DNA of 63,258 nucleotides, filler included, from Octopus bimaculoides (lineage: Eukaryota): NCBI RefSeq assembly GCF_001194135.2. It is 5 parts of 5 records of this genome, joined end to end, with 100 filler letters (N's around TTAATTAATTAA, not from the genome) between each part and the next. Parts side by side here need not be neighbours in the genome. Positions count along the whole stretch, not along the records: positions 1 to 27,560 come from NC_069007.1; 4 more parts are not named here. One strand, 5' to 3'. Each line of letters begins with the position of its first letter. Position 1 is the stretch's first letter. Below the pieces are notes generated by a model, which was not told the origin of the DNA, did no database searches, and worked only from the letters and a program-made list of their open reading frames with translations. The position numbers and the translations under genes were made by a program. Below are positions 12,485 through 25,031 of this stretch, piece after piece.

Positions 12485-12557
12485 ATTTTTGGAAATACTG
12501 TTGGTGATCCCTTCATGACTTTGTGTTGGTGACCTGTTGATGTCCAGCTGACGAATT
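12485..12557 (+). other. Possible non-coding (5' UTR) exon upstream of the 14240 ORF
   Basis: Acceptor tttattctctttacag| and donor att|gtaaga. All three frames are closed and it contains two tiny uORFs. The link to 14188 is only inferred. Confidence 0.25.
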
Positions 12558-14239
12558 GTAAGACATCTTCCTGCTAATATTGTGATATTAGGTTATCAAC
12601 CTCTGCAGGTTAATGACCTCTTCATATTAATGAGCTTCCAAGGCCAATGGTCTTTAGAAAATGATGGCCTCCCAAGAGTGATGACCTTTTGACTTTCTCC
12701 AGACAACAACTTTTCATTTTATTTGTGGGTTTCTTCTCAACAGATTGAACTGAACTCATGAACCAGTACCCACTCACATAAAGATATGTATATACACACA
12801 CACACAGCAGTATGCATACACACACACACACACACACACACACAGCAGTATGCATATATATTAAGTAAAGTTATAACATGTAACCAGACAGAAATTTAAA
12901 GCTAACTCCAAAGTGATTTTTTATTTTGTAACTTTGTTACTCAAAGCTAGTGGGAGACACACTTCTTGAGTTTTCATCAACTCCCTACAGTTACTGATCC
13001 TAATTACATAAATCTCCAATCACAGGCATGAAAGCTGCCATATTAATACAGACAATCCACAGCCAACTGCATAATACACATATCCATGATCATTAGTTTG
13101 TTAACCTAGATATTTCCGTTGTAGTATTTGACTTCAAGGAGACCAAAGGACTTCCACATAAAAACCAGTTTCTAAAACTCTCCTTCAACACTTGAGTTAA
13201 TGGTCATTTGTATTTTATCTAGCAGAAATGCTTGCTAGACATTATGTTGGCAGGATCTAGACCACAACAATCAGCCTAAACTATTCCTGCTTCAGCTTTG
13301 TTATACTTAATTGTTTGTAAGTCTGCCTCAACCCCCTACTTGAACTTAACCCCTTCTGCTTCTCCCTGTACACCTACTGCCAAAATTTTCCTTCTTTTGT
13401 TTAATCCTTCAGCATCTAATCCAGCCAAAATATTCTGTTCAAAACAGCCATGTCAGGCCTCTCACAACTACCCTACAATGTCAATCTAAAAACAATCACG
13501 TCATGTTAATCTTGAGGCTATAAGATAATTAATGATTAATTCAAAACAATGTTAATAAATAAACATTACATTTGACAGAATAATCTCTCCCTAATCTTGT
13601 TTACCTTTCTCTCCCTAATCTTGTTTACCTTTCTCCCATCTTTGCGCAATTTCTATTTCTGATTCATTTTACTTCTGCCTAGATTTGCCTAACTTTTACA
13701 GACAGATTCACTCGTTTGTCTGTCTGTATTCATACAAACTTGTAAAGAGGAAAAAAAAATCACTTGGAAATTAAAGAAAACAACCTAAAGAAAAAGAAAA
13801 AAACCCACAAAAGCAAAGCAGACTAAGATTCCATTCATCTACGAATTTTGTATGACTGTCATCTCAGCAGAAAAAAAAAAATATATATATATATATAATA
13901 CATACATACACACATATATATATATAACATTGAGCTAGTTTCTCTAAAAAGTTTTCTTATTAGCTTTGTGGATTTTTTCTGTTCTCTATTTTAGCTTGCA
14001 TGACAAATATTGATTTTCATAAACTTTCTTTTCTCTACTTTAAAAGATTGACTATTTAGTCACACATACAATTTCTTTGTCTTTCTCTTTGTCTCTCTCT
14101 TTGTGAATATCCACCATGCCTACACACACTCTCTCTTTCTACACACACATCCATAACATAGATGTATATATGTAATTTTCTCATCAGTTACATCAAAATA
14201 TTCAAACTGGAATCCCAAAATAGATTTCTCACCACCGCC

Positions 14240-14596
14240 ATGGATCACAGCAACGAAATATCTTTAGCGTCGCAGATATTCAGGTCAAACAATTTCCATC
14301 ACCATGAGCGTTTACACTCACACCATTTCATTTATGGCAATAAGAAGCTGCTGTACAACATTAAAATAGCCATTGTCGTCACTCTAGGAGTCATTGTTGT
14401 GCTTGGCTGTATCATATACATTGTATTGCAGTGTCGACGGAAGACACGTGTCACATTCTTGCTTCCACGACACCGGGACTCTTTCTCAGATCAACATAAC
14501 CTGATAGACAGCGTTGAAACCACAGAGACTCTGCTCAATGGAGAGCTTGGCATCAAAGAACGGGATGATGAACAGTGCCGAGAATTCTATGTTTGA
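14240..14596 (+). CDS. Small single-pass membrane protein (118 aa), or the terminal exon of a larger type I membrane protein, ending in the class II PDZ-type ligand EFYV
   Basis: Uninterrupted non-repetitive ORF with start context accaccgccATGg. A hydrophobic segment IAIVVTLGVIVVLGCIIYIVL is followed by QCRRKTR, an acidic tail and ...QCREFYV*. Possible splice acceptor ttttctcatcag|14188; AATAAA at 14910. Confidence 0.75.
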   Translation: MDHSNEISLASQIFRSNNFHHHERLHSHHFIYGNKKLLYNIKIAIVVTLGVIVVLGCIIYIVLQCRRKTRVTFLLPRHRDSFSDQHNLIDSVETTETLLNGELGIKERDDEQCREFYV

Positions 14597-14785
14597 TGGG
14601 GGGGGGGGTTGTTTAAATTTCTTGATTTTTTTGATACTTCATTATTTTTGTTTTGTTTTTTTTTTAATATTTAGAAGCAGTAAAAAAAAAGAAACAAGAA
14701 CAAAAAAATGTTACCATTGTACAAAATATAATGATATCAGAAAAAAACAAAAACAAGGAAAGTTATCTTTTCATAATTATAACAC

Positions 14786-14904
<119 letters not shown>

Positions 14905-15242
14905 ATACCAATAAATTGTGATAATAACCTCTACAATATCAAACCTGTATTCTACCCAACTCTATCCCTAATCCTTACAAATAGCACCTTTCAGAAATCC
15001 CTAAATTGCCCCAATGATAGAAGCTTTCATTCTGTATCAAATATGAAACCTAGTTGGTAGTAAAATATTACATGTAGGAACATATCTTTTATAATCAAAT
15101 GGATTTCATTGCAATCCCAGTCTGCAGCACCTTTGGTAAATGCTTTCTTCCATATTCCTTAGATGGACATGTGACTTGCAAGTAAAATTGCATAGATTAA
15201 AACAGAGTAGAAGCCAGTGTCTTATTAATATCAAACTTATTA

Positions 15243-15295
<53 letters not shown>

Positions 15296-15309
15296 TGCAT
15301 ATATGCATA

Positions 15310-15560
15310 TATCATCATCATTATCATCATCATCATCATCATTTAACGTCCATTTTCCATGCAGGCATAGGTTGGACAGTTTCTACAGTAGCTGGCAAGC
15401 CAGAGAGCTGCACTAGGCTCCAGTTGTCTGTTTTGATATGGTTTCTATGACTGGATGCCCTTCCTAATACCAACCACTTCACTGAGTGTACAGGGTGCTT
15501 TTTAGGTGGCACCAGCACATAAGCTTTTTTATGTCAGTTGGGATGTGTAATCCAGGCATT
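15310..15560 (-). mobile_element. 3' end of an RTE-related retroposon with a (GAT)n tail
   Basis: (ATC)n followed by TTTAACGTCC.TTTTCCATGC.GGCAT.GGTTGGACAG. The same block occurs at about 22945, 34455, 36545 and 37120. Confidence 0.7.
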
Positions 15561-15867
15561 TGCCACATGAAGCATTTGCACAAATGGTGGTCATCTGAAA
15601 AACATCTGTAGAGTATAATATGATAACATCAAAGAATGGAGTTAGCTACAGAAAAGACAGGCTAGGCTCAGGCATGGCTGCACGGTTAAGAAGTTTGCTT
15701 CCCAACAACATGGCTCTAGGTTCAGTTTCAATTCACTGCACTGCACCTTGAGTGTTTTCTACTATACTATAACTCCAGGCAGTGCGAAGCCTTGTGGAGG
15801 AATTAGGAACTTGGTAGATGGAAACTGAAAGATACCTGTATATAAGCATATAGATACATAGATACAT

Positions 15868-15920
<53 letters not shown>

Positions 15921-15963
15921 CACACACATGCACAAATGTATGTATATATATGTATGTGTGTAC

Positions 15964-16069
<106 letters not shown>

Positions 16070-16744
16070 CATTTCTTCCAGTTTTATGTTCTGAATTTAA
16101 TTTTTCCCAAGGTCAACTTCACCTTTAATCCTTTCAGGGTCAATAAAATAAGTACCAGTTACACACTGGGGTCGGTGTAACCGACTTAAACCTCTCCCCT
16201 TAAATTCCTGGCCTTATGCCAAAATTTGAAACCATTATTGATATTATGAAGAATTGATAGAAAACCAAATCAGTAGAATGGTGCAAAACATGCTTTGCAG
16301 CATTTGGATATGTCCCTTTGCTTTCTGAGTTCAAATTCTGGCAATGTTGGCTTTTTTGAGGCTCAATAAAATAAATACCAGTTGCTTCAGGGTTGATTTA
16401 ATCTACTCTAATCCCAAATTTGTAGCTTTGTACTTGTGTTTGAGATTATTATTATTGTTATTATTATTATTATTATTGTCATTGGTATTGTTATTATTAT
16501 AATTATTATTATTAAACAATACAAAGGGCACGATGTGATTTCTATAGATATTTTATTGGTTGAACACTATTTCAACAGCTTGTCTGTCTTTGTCAAGTTC
16601 AAAATGAAAAGAACTCAACAAAGACAGGCAAGCTGTCAAAATATCATTCAACCAATAAAACATCTCTTGCAATCGCATCGTACTCTTTGTGTTGTCTATT
16701 TACCTTTGTGAAGAGTTACGTCAATCTTTTTAAAATATCATTAT

Positions 16745-17300
16745 TATAATTTTCCTTTTTAACTCGGGTTTGTTGGATCTCCTGGAGTCTTTGCATGTGT
16801 AGTGGGTTTGCCACCTGCAGCTTACAGCACCATGCTATCTGTTCTTTTCAGCTAATCTAATACTTCCATGATTATTCTGGCCATGTCAAGGAGGTAATCC
16901 TTTTGTAACAGTTCTACCGGGCACTTTATTCTGATTTCCTTTATATTCCTCTTTATGTCTTCTGATACTGTCCCCAAGGACCCATCAATAATTGGCACTA
17001 TCTTTACCTTCTTCCTTTTCCATAGGCGGGCTATTTAAGAGGATTGTATATGTCTATTTTCTTGCCTTCCTTCATGACTATTTGTGGGTCAGAGGGCCAC
17101 ACATCAATTATATAGCACATGTGATAAACCTTGTCCATCACCATTAGGTTCAGTTTGTTATTTTCTAACACCTGATCTGTTTAGATTGAGAAATCCCACA
17201 GGATTTTGTAGGTCACTGACTCCACCATTCACTGCGGTTTGTGCTCATACCATGTCTTGCCACTCTCAATGACCCACTTTTCACATAGTTTCCAGTATTG
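16745..17300 (-). mobile_element. R4/Dong-like non-LTR element, decayed RLE region
   Basis: Minus strand: HWKLCEKW...WYEHKP...KILWDFSI*TD...CYIIDV...RLWK..KVKIVPIIDGSLGTV..., with several stops. Confidence 0.75.
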
Positions 17301-17389
17301 CATTTTTGCTACCTCAATGTGTCACCACAACTTATAATCCTTTTGGGCAAGTCTAGGGCATTCATTTATTGTTGTTGTTGTTATCATTA

Positions 17390-17610
17390 TTATGGTAGCA
17401 AACTGGCAGAACCATTAGCATGCCGGGCAAAACTTTTTGCAGCATTTCATCCATCTTTACGTTCAGAGTTCAAATTCCACCAAGGTTGACTTTGCCTTTC
17501 ATCCCTTCAGGGTCGATAAAATAAGTACCAGTTGAGCACTGGGGTCATTGTAATTGATTAGTCCCTTCTCACAAAATTGCAGGCCTTGTGACTATAGAAG
17601 AAAGGATTAT
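17390..17610 (+). mobile_element. SINE (family B) with a conserved central core
   Basis: TTGCCTTTCATCC.TTC.GGGTCGATAAAATAAGTACCAGTT core. Copies at about 16075, 16280, 18150, 42765 and 59640. Confidence 0.8.
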
Positions 17611-17647
17611 TATTACTGTTATTGTTGTATGTATGTATGTATGTATG

Positions 17648-17695
<48 letters not shown>

Positions 17696-18334
17696 ATAAT
17701 CCCTTAGTGAGTAAACATGTATGGCTATGTCACCATTGTTCTAGCACAGCAACGACAACAACATCACTGATCATAATATCAGTTAATATCATTTATAATA
17801 AAAGTATTTTAATAACATTTACAACTGCTACTTAATCAACCCCAGAAAGGGGGTGTGTGTATGGTTGACCACTTTACTCTGTAAGTTCAGTGTAATGTGG
17901 ACAAGGAGCATAGGGCCAGTTTCCTGACTTCTCTAGTATATATTCCTCCCTGGGCAGGACACTGTCCCATCATGCATTACTCATTTTTACCAGTTGAATG
18001 GACTGTTGCAACATGAAATGAAATGTTTTGCTCAAGAACACGATGCATCACATGATCCTGGAATCGAAACCACAATCTTACAACCATGAGTCCAACACCT
18101 TAACCACTAAGCCATGCACCTCCACTGTAATTATATTACACCTCAACAGTTGCTTGGTGGACTGGTAGAATTGATAGAGTGACAGATAAAATGCTTTGTG
18201 GTATTTAGTTGTGACCCTTGACATTCTGAGTTCATATCCCACCGAGATCAGCTTTGTCTTTCATTCTTCCAAGGTAGTTAAATTAAGTTGCTATCAGTGA
18301 AGTGCTGGCATCAGTTAAATTGGTTATACCCCAA

Positions 18335-18756
18335 CCACAATATTTATAACATTGTGTCTCTGCTAGAACCCACAAAATTTGGAACATTGTGACTGTGTTA
18401 GGGCCCATAAAATTTGTGAATTGTACTTATGTTAGAACCCACAAAATTTGTGACATGTTTGTTAGAACCCACATATTTTGTGATATGCTTATGTTAGAAA
18501 TCCCAAAATTTTGTCACATTGTGACTATGTTACAACCCACGAAATTTGTGACATTGTTTCTATTTAAGCACCCAATTTGTGACATTTTGTTTATGTTGTG
18601 ATGTGATATGTTAGAATGCACAAAATTTGTGATGCTGTGTCTGTCAGAATCCACAAGATTTGTGACATTGTAACTTTCTCAGAACCCACAAAATTTGTGA
18701 TGTTGTGACAATGATAAAATCCACAAAATTTGTGACATTGTGTCTTCATTAGAACT
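18335..18756 (+). repeat. Degenerate minisatellite, about 12 units of ~34-35 bp
   Basis: Consensus of roughly TTAGAACCCACAAAATTTGTGACATTGTGACTATG. Confidence 0.9.
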
Positions 18757-19569
18757 CAGTATAGCATATAAGATACTATAATCCAGCTGAGATCAAATTT
18801 GCTTTTTTCTTTCTTTCGGTAGCAGGGTACTGATTAAATAACCATCAGTAATATATTGTATTATAGATCTAATCAGTTGTATCCTGTTTCAATAAGTTTG
18901 GCCACATGCCAAAATCAATACATTCTAATTGCTCTATTAATAACGAATATTAGTATAATGACAAGAGTGATTGCTATTGTATTGTTTGTGATAATAAAAA
19001 TACATATTATAATGTATAGAACGAGATGATTGATGATAACAATAATAATGGTGATGGAGAAGATATGCTAAATGAAAAAATAGAATGAAATAGATTGTTG
19101 GAAAAGAACAAGTAACAATGAAAGAGATACAAATGAGAAATAAAAATTTCTAAAAATTTAAATGTTTAACGCCTTTTCTTGTTTTTATATTTCTTTTATG
19201 AATGTGTGAAAAATAATCATAAACATTATCTGATGCACTAGCTTTCTTCATTTGCATTAATTTGTGAACATAAATTTCATCATGAAGACACATGGCTCAG
19301 TAGTTTGAGCATCAGGCTCACATTTATGTGGTAACGAGTTCGATTCTTGGACCGGGCTGTGTGTTGTGTTCTTAAGCAAAACACTTTATTTTATATTGCT
19401 CCAGTTCACTTAACAGCTGTAGAAATGAGTTGTGACATCACTGGTGCCAAGCTGTGTCGGTCCCTTTGTTTGCTTTCTTCTCTGACTCACAGACACATAT
19501 ATAAATATGTGTGTTTATGAAACCAAAATGCAATCAAGACTAGTAAGTGTGTAGACCTAGCCAACCCAT

Positions 19570-19850
19570 GTGTGCTGCTGCTGCTGCTAATGATGAAGAT
19601 GATGATACCGACAGTGATGACATGGATGATGATGACAATAACAATTACAATGATGATGAGAATAACAACAACGAAGAAGATGATGATGATGATGGTGACA
19701 ATGACAATGACTAGGACGTTGATGATGGTTATGATGACAACAACAACAACCTGGAGGAGGATGATAATTATGATAATTATGATAATTATGATGATGACAA
19801 TGACGATAATGACAAAGATGAAGAAGAGGAGGGGAAGCAGCAGCAAGAGG
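19570..19850. repeat. Compound trinucleotide repeat (GAT/AAT/CAA/GAG)
   Basis: Interleaved GAT, AAT and CAA runs; the ORFs across it are low-complexity. Confidence 0.9.
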
Positions 19851-20283
19851 ATATACACACAGTATGCATGAATTAGCATTATTCTTTCTTATCATTTGCA
19901 AAAACACAGTCTTAACCTTCAACGTTTTAAGTTGCTGGCAAATACCCAGTTAAAACTGGACAGAGCATATAAATATTTTGACATATGTGTGTGTCCATGT
20001 ATGTCCATCTATGTGTGTATGTGTGTGTGTGTGTGCGTGCATTTGTGCATCTCCCAATTCTAAAGATCTGACAGACAGCTGGATTCTAATTAGGACACAA
20101 TAATATATTTCTAAGCACCATGCTTTCTGAAATCCCCACCCATCCAACCATGCCATTAATTTTTCACTAAATTCACTCCTAATTGATGTTATCAAATCAA
20201 TTAGCTAAATGAATATCAAAGGTTAATATGTGCATTACACATACATGTGTAAATACATACATCCATACACACATGAATGCATA

Positions 20284-20348
<65 letters not shown>

Positions 20349-20473
20349 NNNNNNNNNNNNNNNNNNNNNNNNNNNNNNNNNNNNNNNNNNNNNNNNNNNN
20401 NNNNNNNNNNNNNNNNNNNNNNNNNNNNNNNNNNNNNNNNNNNNNNNNNNNNNNNNNNNNNNNNNNNNNNNNN

Positions 20474-22348
20474 CTGTCCATCTATTCCATGTTTTGAAGG
20501 CAAGGACAATACGCGACTTCGTTGGAACAGTCCTTCCCACAAAGCAAATTTAATAAAATTTGGAATTTTTTGCCGAGGGTGACAGTGTTAACAAGAACGG
20601 GATAGTGAGAACAATAAAAACAGTAAAAACAAGTAAAAACAAGTAAAAACAAGACAGTAAAAACAAACAGTGAGGGCTGATGGGCCAAGACGATAGAAAA
20701 ATTATTATGAAGGCTAAGTAGAAGAGACAGAAAAATCACATCTGTTCTTTAGGAAGATCAGTGGGCAGAAAGAAAGAACCCCTTTCGTCACGTGTCAGCG
20801 ACGAGAGGGTCAAGGAGGAAGAGGAGGAGTGAGAGAGAGGGAACGGTGAAAGGGAGAGAAGAAGAAGAAGGAAAGGGTGGGAGAGAAATACAAAGGATGA
20901 AGAACAAGAGAAGGAGAGAGATAGTAGAAGAGTGCGCATAGTAATTATTAAGATAAAGCTTACTTGGAAAAGAATACGTGGCATTTGATCATACAATTAT
21001 AATATAAATATATAGATATGTGCATATATCCATACATATATGTACATACCTACATCTATATGTATACATACATGCATATATGGATACAGGACATCAAAAA
21101 AATGGTAAACACAATGAGAAACGAAAAACGAAACAGAAAACAAATGGATATATGCATATATCCATATATTTATATTACTATATGATCGAACGCGACGCAT
21201 CCTTTTCCGAGTAAGATATATATATATATATANNNNNNNNNNNNNNNNNNNNNNNNNNNNNNNNNNNNNNNNNNNNNNNNNNNNNNNNNNNNNNNNNNNN
21301 NNNNNNNNNNNNNNNNNNNNNNNNNNNNNNNNNNNNNNNNNNNNNNNNNNNNNNNNNNNNNNNNNNNNNNNNNNNNNNNNNNNNNNNNNNNNNNNNNNNN
21401 NNNNNNNNNNNNNNNNNNNNNNNNNNNNNNNNNNNNNNNNNNNNNNNNNNNNNNNNNNNNNNNNNNNNNNNNNNNNNNNNNNNNNNNNNNNNNNNNNNNN
21501 NNNNNNNNNNNNNNNNNNNNNNNNNNNNNNNNNNNNNNNNNNNNNNNNNNNNNNNNNNNNNNNNNNNNNNNNNNNNNNNNNNNNNNNNNNNNNNNNNNNN
21601 NNNNNNNNNNNNNNNNNNNNNNNNNNNNNNNNNNNNNNNNNNNNNNNNNNNNNNNNNNNNNNNNNNNNNNNNNNNNNNNNNNNNNNNNNNNNNNNNNNNN
21701 NNNNNNNNNNNNNNNNNNNNNNNNNNNNNNNNNNNNNATATATATATATATATATATACATATATATATTATTAAACAATTAAAAAATTAAGATTAAACA
21801 TTAGAAATTGGAAAGTCAAAACCTCTCATAAGAGACAAGACATACTTTTGCCTGTCTCCTGTCAAAGCTTGTTTCTCCAGTGTTCACCACTTCACCTTGT
21901 TATGGCTTAACAGCCCTTACCATTTGTTTTTACTGTTTTGTTCTCATTGTCCTGTTTTTGTTACCACTTTAAACCTCCGAAAATCCTAAATTTTATTTAA
22001 TTTGCTTTGCGGGAACGACTGTTTTAACAAAGTCATGTCTTGTCCCAATGTTCAAAACGCAAAGTAGATAAAGCAGGGGACAACTGATGAAGGAATTGTT
22101 CTTTATGTTGCTTGTCTTGTTTCTCTATTTGCTTCTTTCGTTGTTCAAAAAAGTTCCTTTTCCATGTTTTTGCTTTTCAATGTTCTCGTTTTTCATTTTG
22201 TTCACGTTTTTTTGACGTCCTGTACCCATATATGCATGTGTATATACATATATATGTAGATATGTACATATATGTTTGTATATATGCATATATATATTAT
22301 TTATATTATTATATGATCAAACGCCATGCATCCATTTCCAAGTATGTA

Positions 22349-22350
<2 letters not shown>
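20474..22350. repeat. Two diverged copies of a non-coding repeat in mixed inverted/direct arrangement
   Basis: 20474-20700 is the reverse complement of about 21900-22060; 21030-21125 is the reverse complement of about 22180-22275; 21140-21215 is a direct repeat of about 22280-22345. Confidence 0.7.
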
Positions 22351-22391
<41 letters not shown>

Positions 22392-23584
22392 TCTATATAC
22401 TCCATCTCTCTCCACTCTCTATATATCTCCTGTTGGCCTCTCTTTTATTAGTCTCAAACAATCTTTCTTCCCATTTTGTTAACTATTTCATTTTATCACA
22501 ATGTCCCTTTCTCTCTCTCTCTCTCTCTTTCTCTCCATCCCTCTCCATCCTTCCCAGTCACCACTTCTGTATAACTGAATTTTTTTTTCCTATCAGCAAA
22601 TTTTGCAGACACTATAAAATTGACGACTCCAGGAAAAAAAAATACTATAACAACACAAATGGCTGTTTCATGTGACTGTGTTGAAGATATTAAACATTTA
22701 CAATAATACAGTTTACGATAATGGATTCTAGATAGAAACTTGGTATATAAATATGGTCAAAGTATAAAACTGATTGAAAAAGGAGACGGAAACCAATCAA
22801 ATAATGGCAAAATAAGACGCAGACAAATAGTCAAGTGTTAAATTAGACAGACAACAATAAAGAAAAGCAAACAATATCTCGTAGTGTACTTAAAGTAAGC
22901 TGCCTCAATCAAAAAGGAAAAATAACAATAAAATGGTATTTACCATCATCATCATCATCATCATCATTTAATGTCTGTTTTCCATGCTGGCATGAGTTGG
23001 ACAGTTTGATGGGCTCCAGTGAACTGCAGAGGTATACAAGGTCCCAGTGTTTGCTTTCAGTATGGTTTCTATAGCTGGATGATGCCCTTCTTAACACCAG
23101 CCACTTTACAGCATGGGGGCTTTCTTTCATGCCGCTGGCACCAGTGAAGTTGCTAAGTAACTTGCAAGACTGAGGGAAGAAAAGAAAGGAAAAGGATGTT
23201 ACGAGGAAGACAGAAATCTATTTGGATTTTTGATAAGCAAAATTTTCATTCTTCCTGTAAACACAAAGAGAATGCTGTTGTTTTTACCAACAACAAAATA
23301 TCATATATTATCATTGTCATCATCATCATCATTGTCATCATCATCATCATTGTCATCATTTACATATGTATATTCTTTTATTCTTTTGTTTGTTCCAGTC
23401 ATTTGACTGCAGCCATGCTAGAGCACCGCCTTTAGTTGAACAAATCAATCCCAGGACTTATTCTTTGTAAGCCTAGTACTTATTCTATCAGTTGCTTTTG
23501 CCAAACCACTAAGTTATGGGGACGTAAATACATCAACATCGGTTTTCAAGCGATGGCGGGAAGAGGGGGACAAATACATACACA

Positions 23585-23655
<71 letters not shown>

Positions 23656-24029
23656 GATGAACTTCTTTCAATTTCTGTCTACCAAATCCACTCTCAAGGC
23701 TTTGGTGGGCCTGAGGCTTTAGTAGAAGACATTTGTCCAAGGTACCACGCAGTGGGACTGAACCAGAAACCATGTGGTTGGGAAGCAAGTTTCTTACCAC
23801 ACAGCTAATAAACAAAAATTAAATAAAGTATCAAGATTCGAACTTGGATTGCTGGATTCAAAGTAGCATTTTTGCAGCCCCTTCTTGGTATGACTGACAG
23901 AATATTGGCAAACTTCTTCTTTCCTTACACAGTCTTCCTGTCTTTTAACTTCTAGCCACCTGATGTGGTTCCTTGCTCGGTGTTTTATTTCATTCTTCTC
24001 AGACCTGTGACTTAGCATACGTGTGGTGA

Positions 24030-24535
24030 GGGGAGAGACAGATGAATGTACACATATACACACTTACATGCACACATACATATCCACATGCACACACACA
24101 CACACACACACGATATGCATGCACGTATATATATTTCCACACACTCATCCACATACGCACATACATCTGTTCACACATACAGCCTCTCATACATATATGT
24201 TCACATACACGCATGCATACACACACACATACACATTCACACACATATATGCGGATACATACACATACATCCATTAACATGCATACACATTCATACATAC
24301 ACACATGCATACATCCATACACACATATGCACATGCAGCTATACATACATCGATATGCACACACCCATACGCATACATATACACACAATGCAGACATCAA
24401 CACACACACACATCTATACATACACACATACATCCACACACATCTACACAGACATACATACATACACATGCCTACATCCACACAGATATACTTCCATTCA
24501 CATCCACACACACACACATACCACACACTGTATAA
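24030..24535. repeat. Degenerate (CA/TA)n tract
   Basis: About 500 bp of CACA/CATA-type low-complexity sequence. Confidence 0.9.
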
Positions 24536-24783
24536 TACGTGACCACATAAGAAATTCAATCATCACATAACATTGTATCTAAAGACTTTTATAGTTTCTC
24601 TGTAAAATAATAATCTCAGGGTTATAACCCCGAATAATTTTAACAAGCCAAAGAAAACTCACAGATCAGTTTCAGACTTTAATAGGTTTCCTCCTCAGGC
24701 AGATGTGTTACAATCACATGACTTGGTTGAAAATAGCATAGAATTACAGTTAAATAAATGGTGTCGTACCATCTCAGCTGTTG

Positions 24784-25031
24784 TTGGTCTCACAAATATT
24801 AATAATACGAAAATATGTCAAGTCTCTGTCTGAGAAACTAATGAAGGAACCTTTGTGTTGTTCTTTAACCTGCAAGAAATAGAAGCAAAAATATCTCTCA
24901 AAATTCTTATTGGTCTCACAAATATTAATAATACAAATGTTATATCAAGTTTCTGTTTGTGAAGCTAATGAGGGAGCCTCTGTGTTGTTATTGTTCACCC
25001 TGCTAGAAACAGAAGCAAAAATATCCCTCAA
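24784..25031 (+). repeat. Two-copy tandem duplication, period 126 bp
   Basis: TTGGTCTCACAAATATTAATAATAC...AGAAGCAAAAATATC.CTCAA begins at both 24784 and 24910. Confidence 0.85.

Noticed and set aside
18335-18756. CRISPR-like array of palindromic ~35-bp repeats
   Set aside because: No unique spacers, degenerate units, no cas genes and a eukaryotic context; it is a minisatellite.
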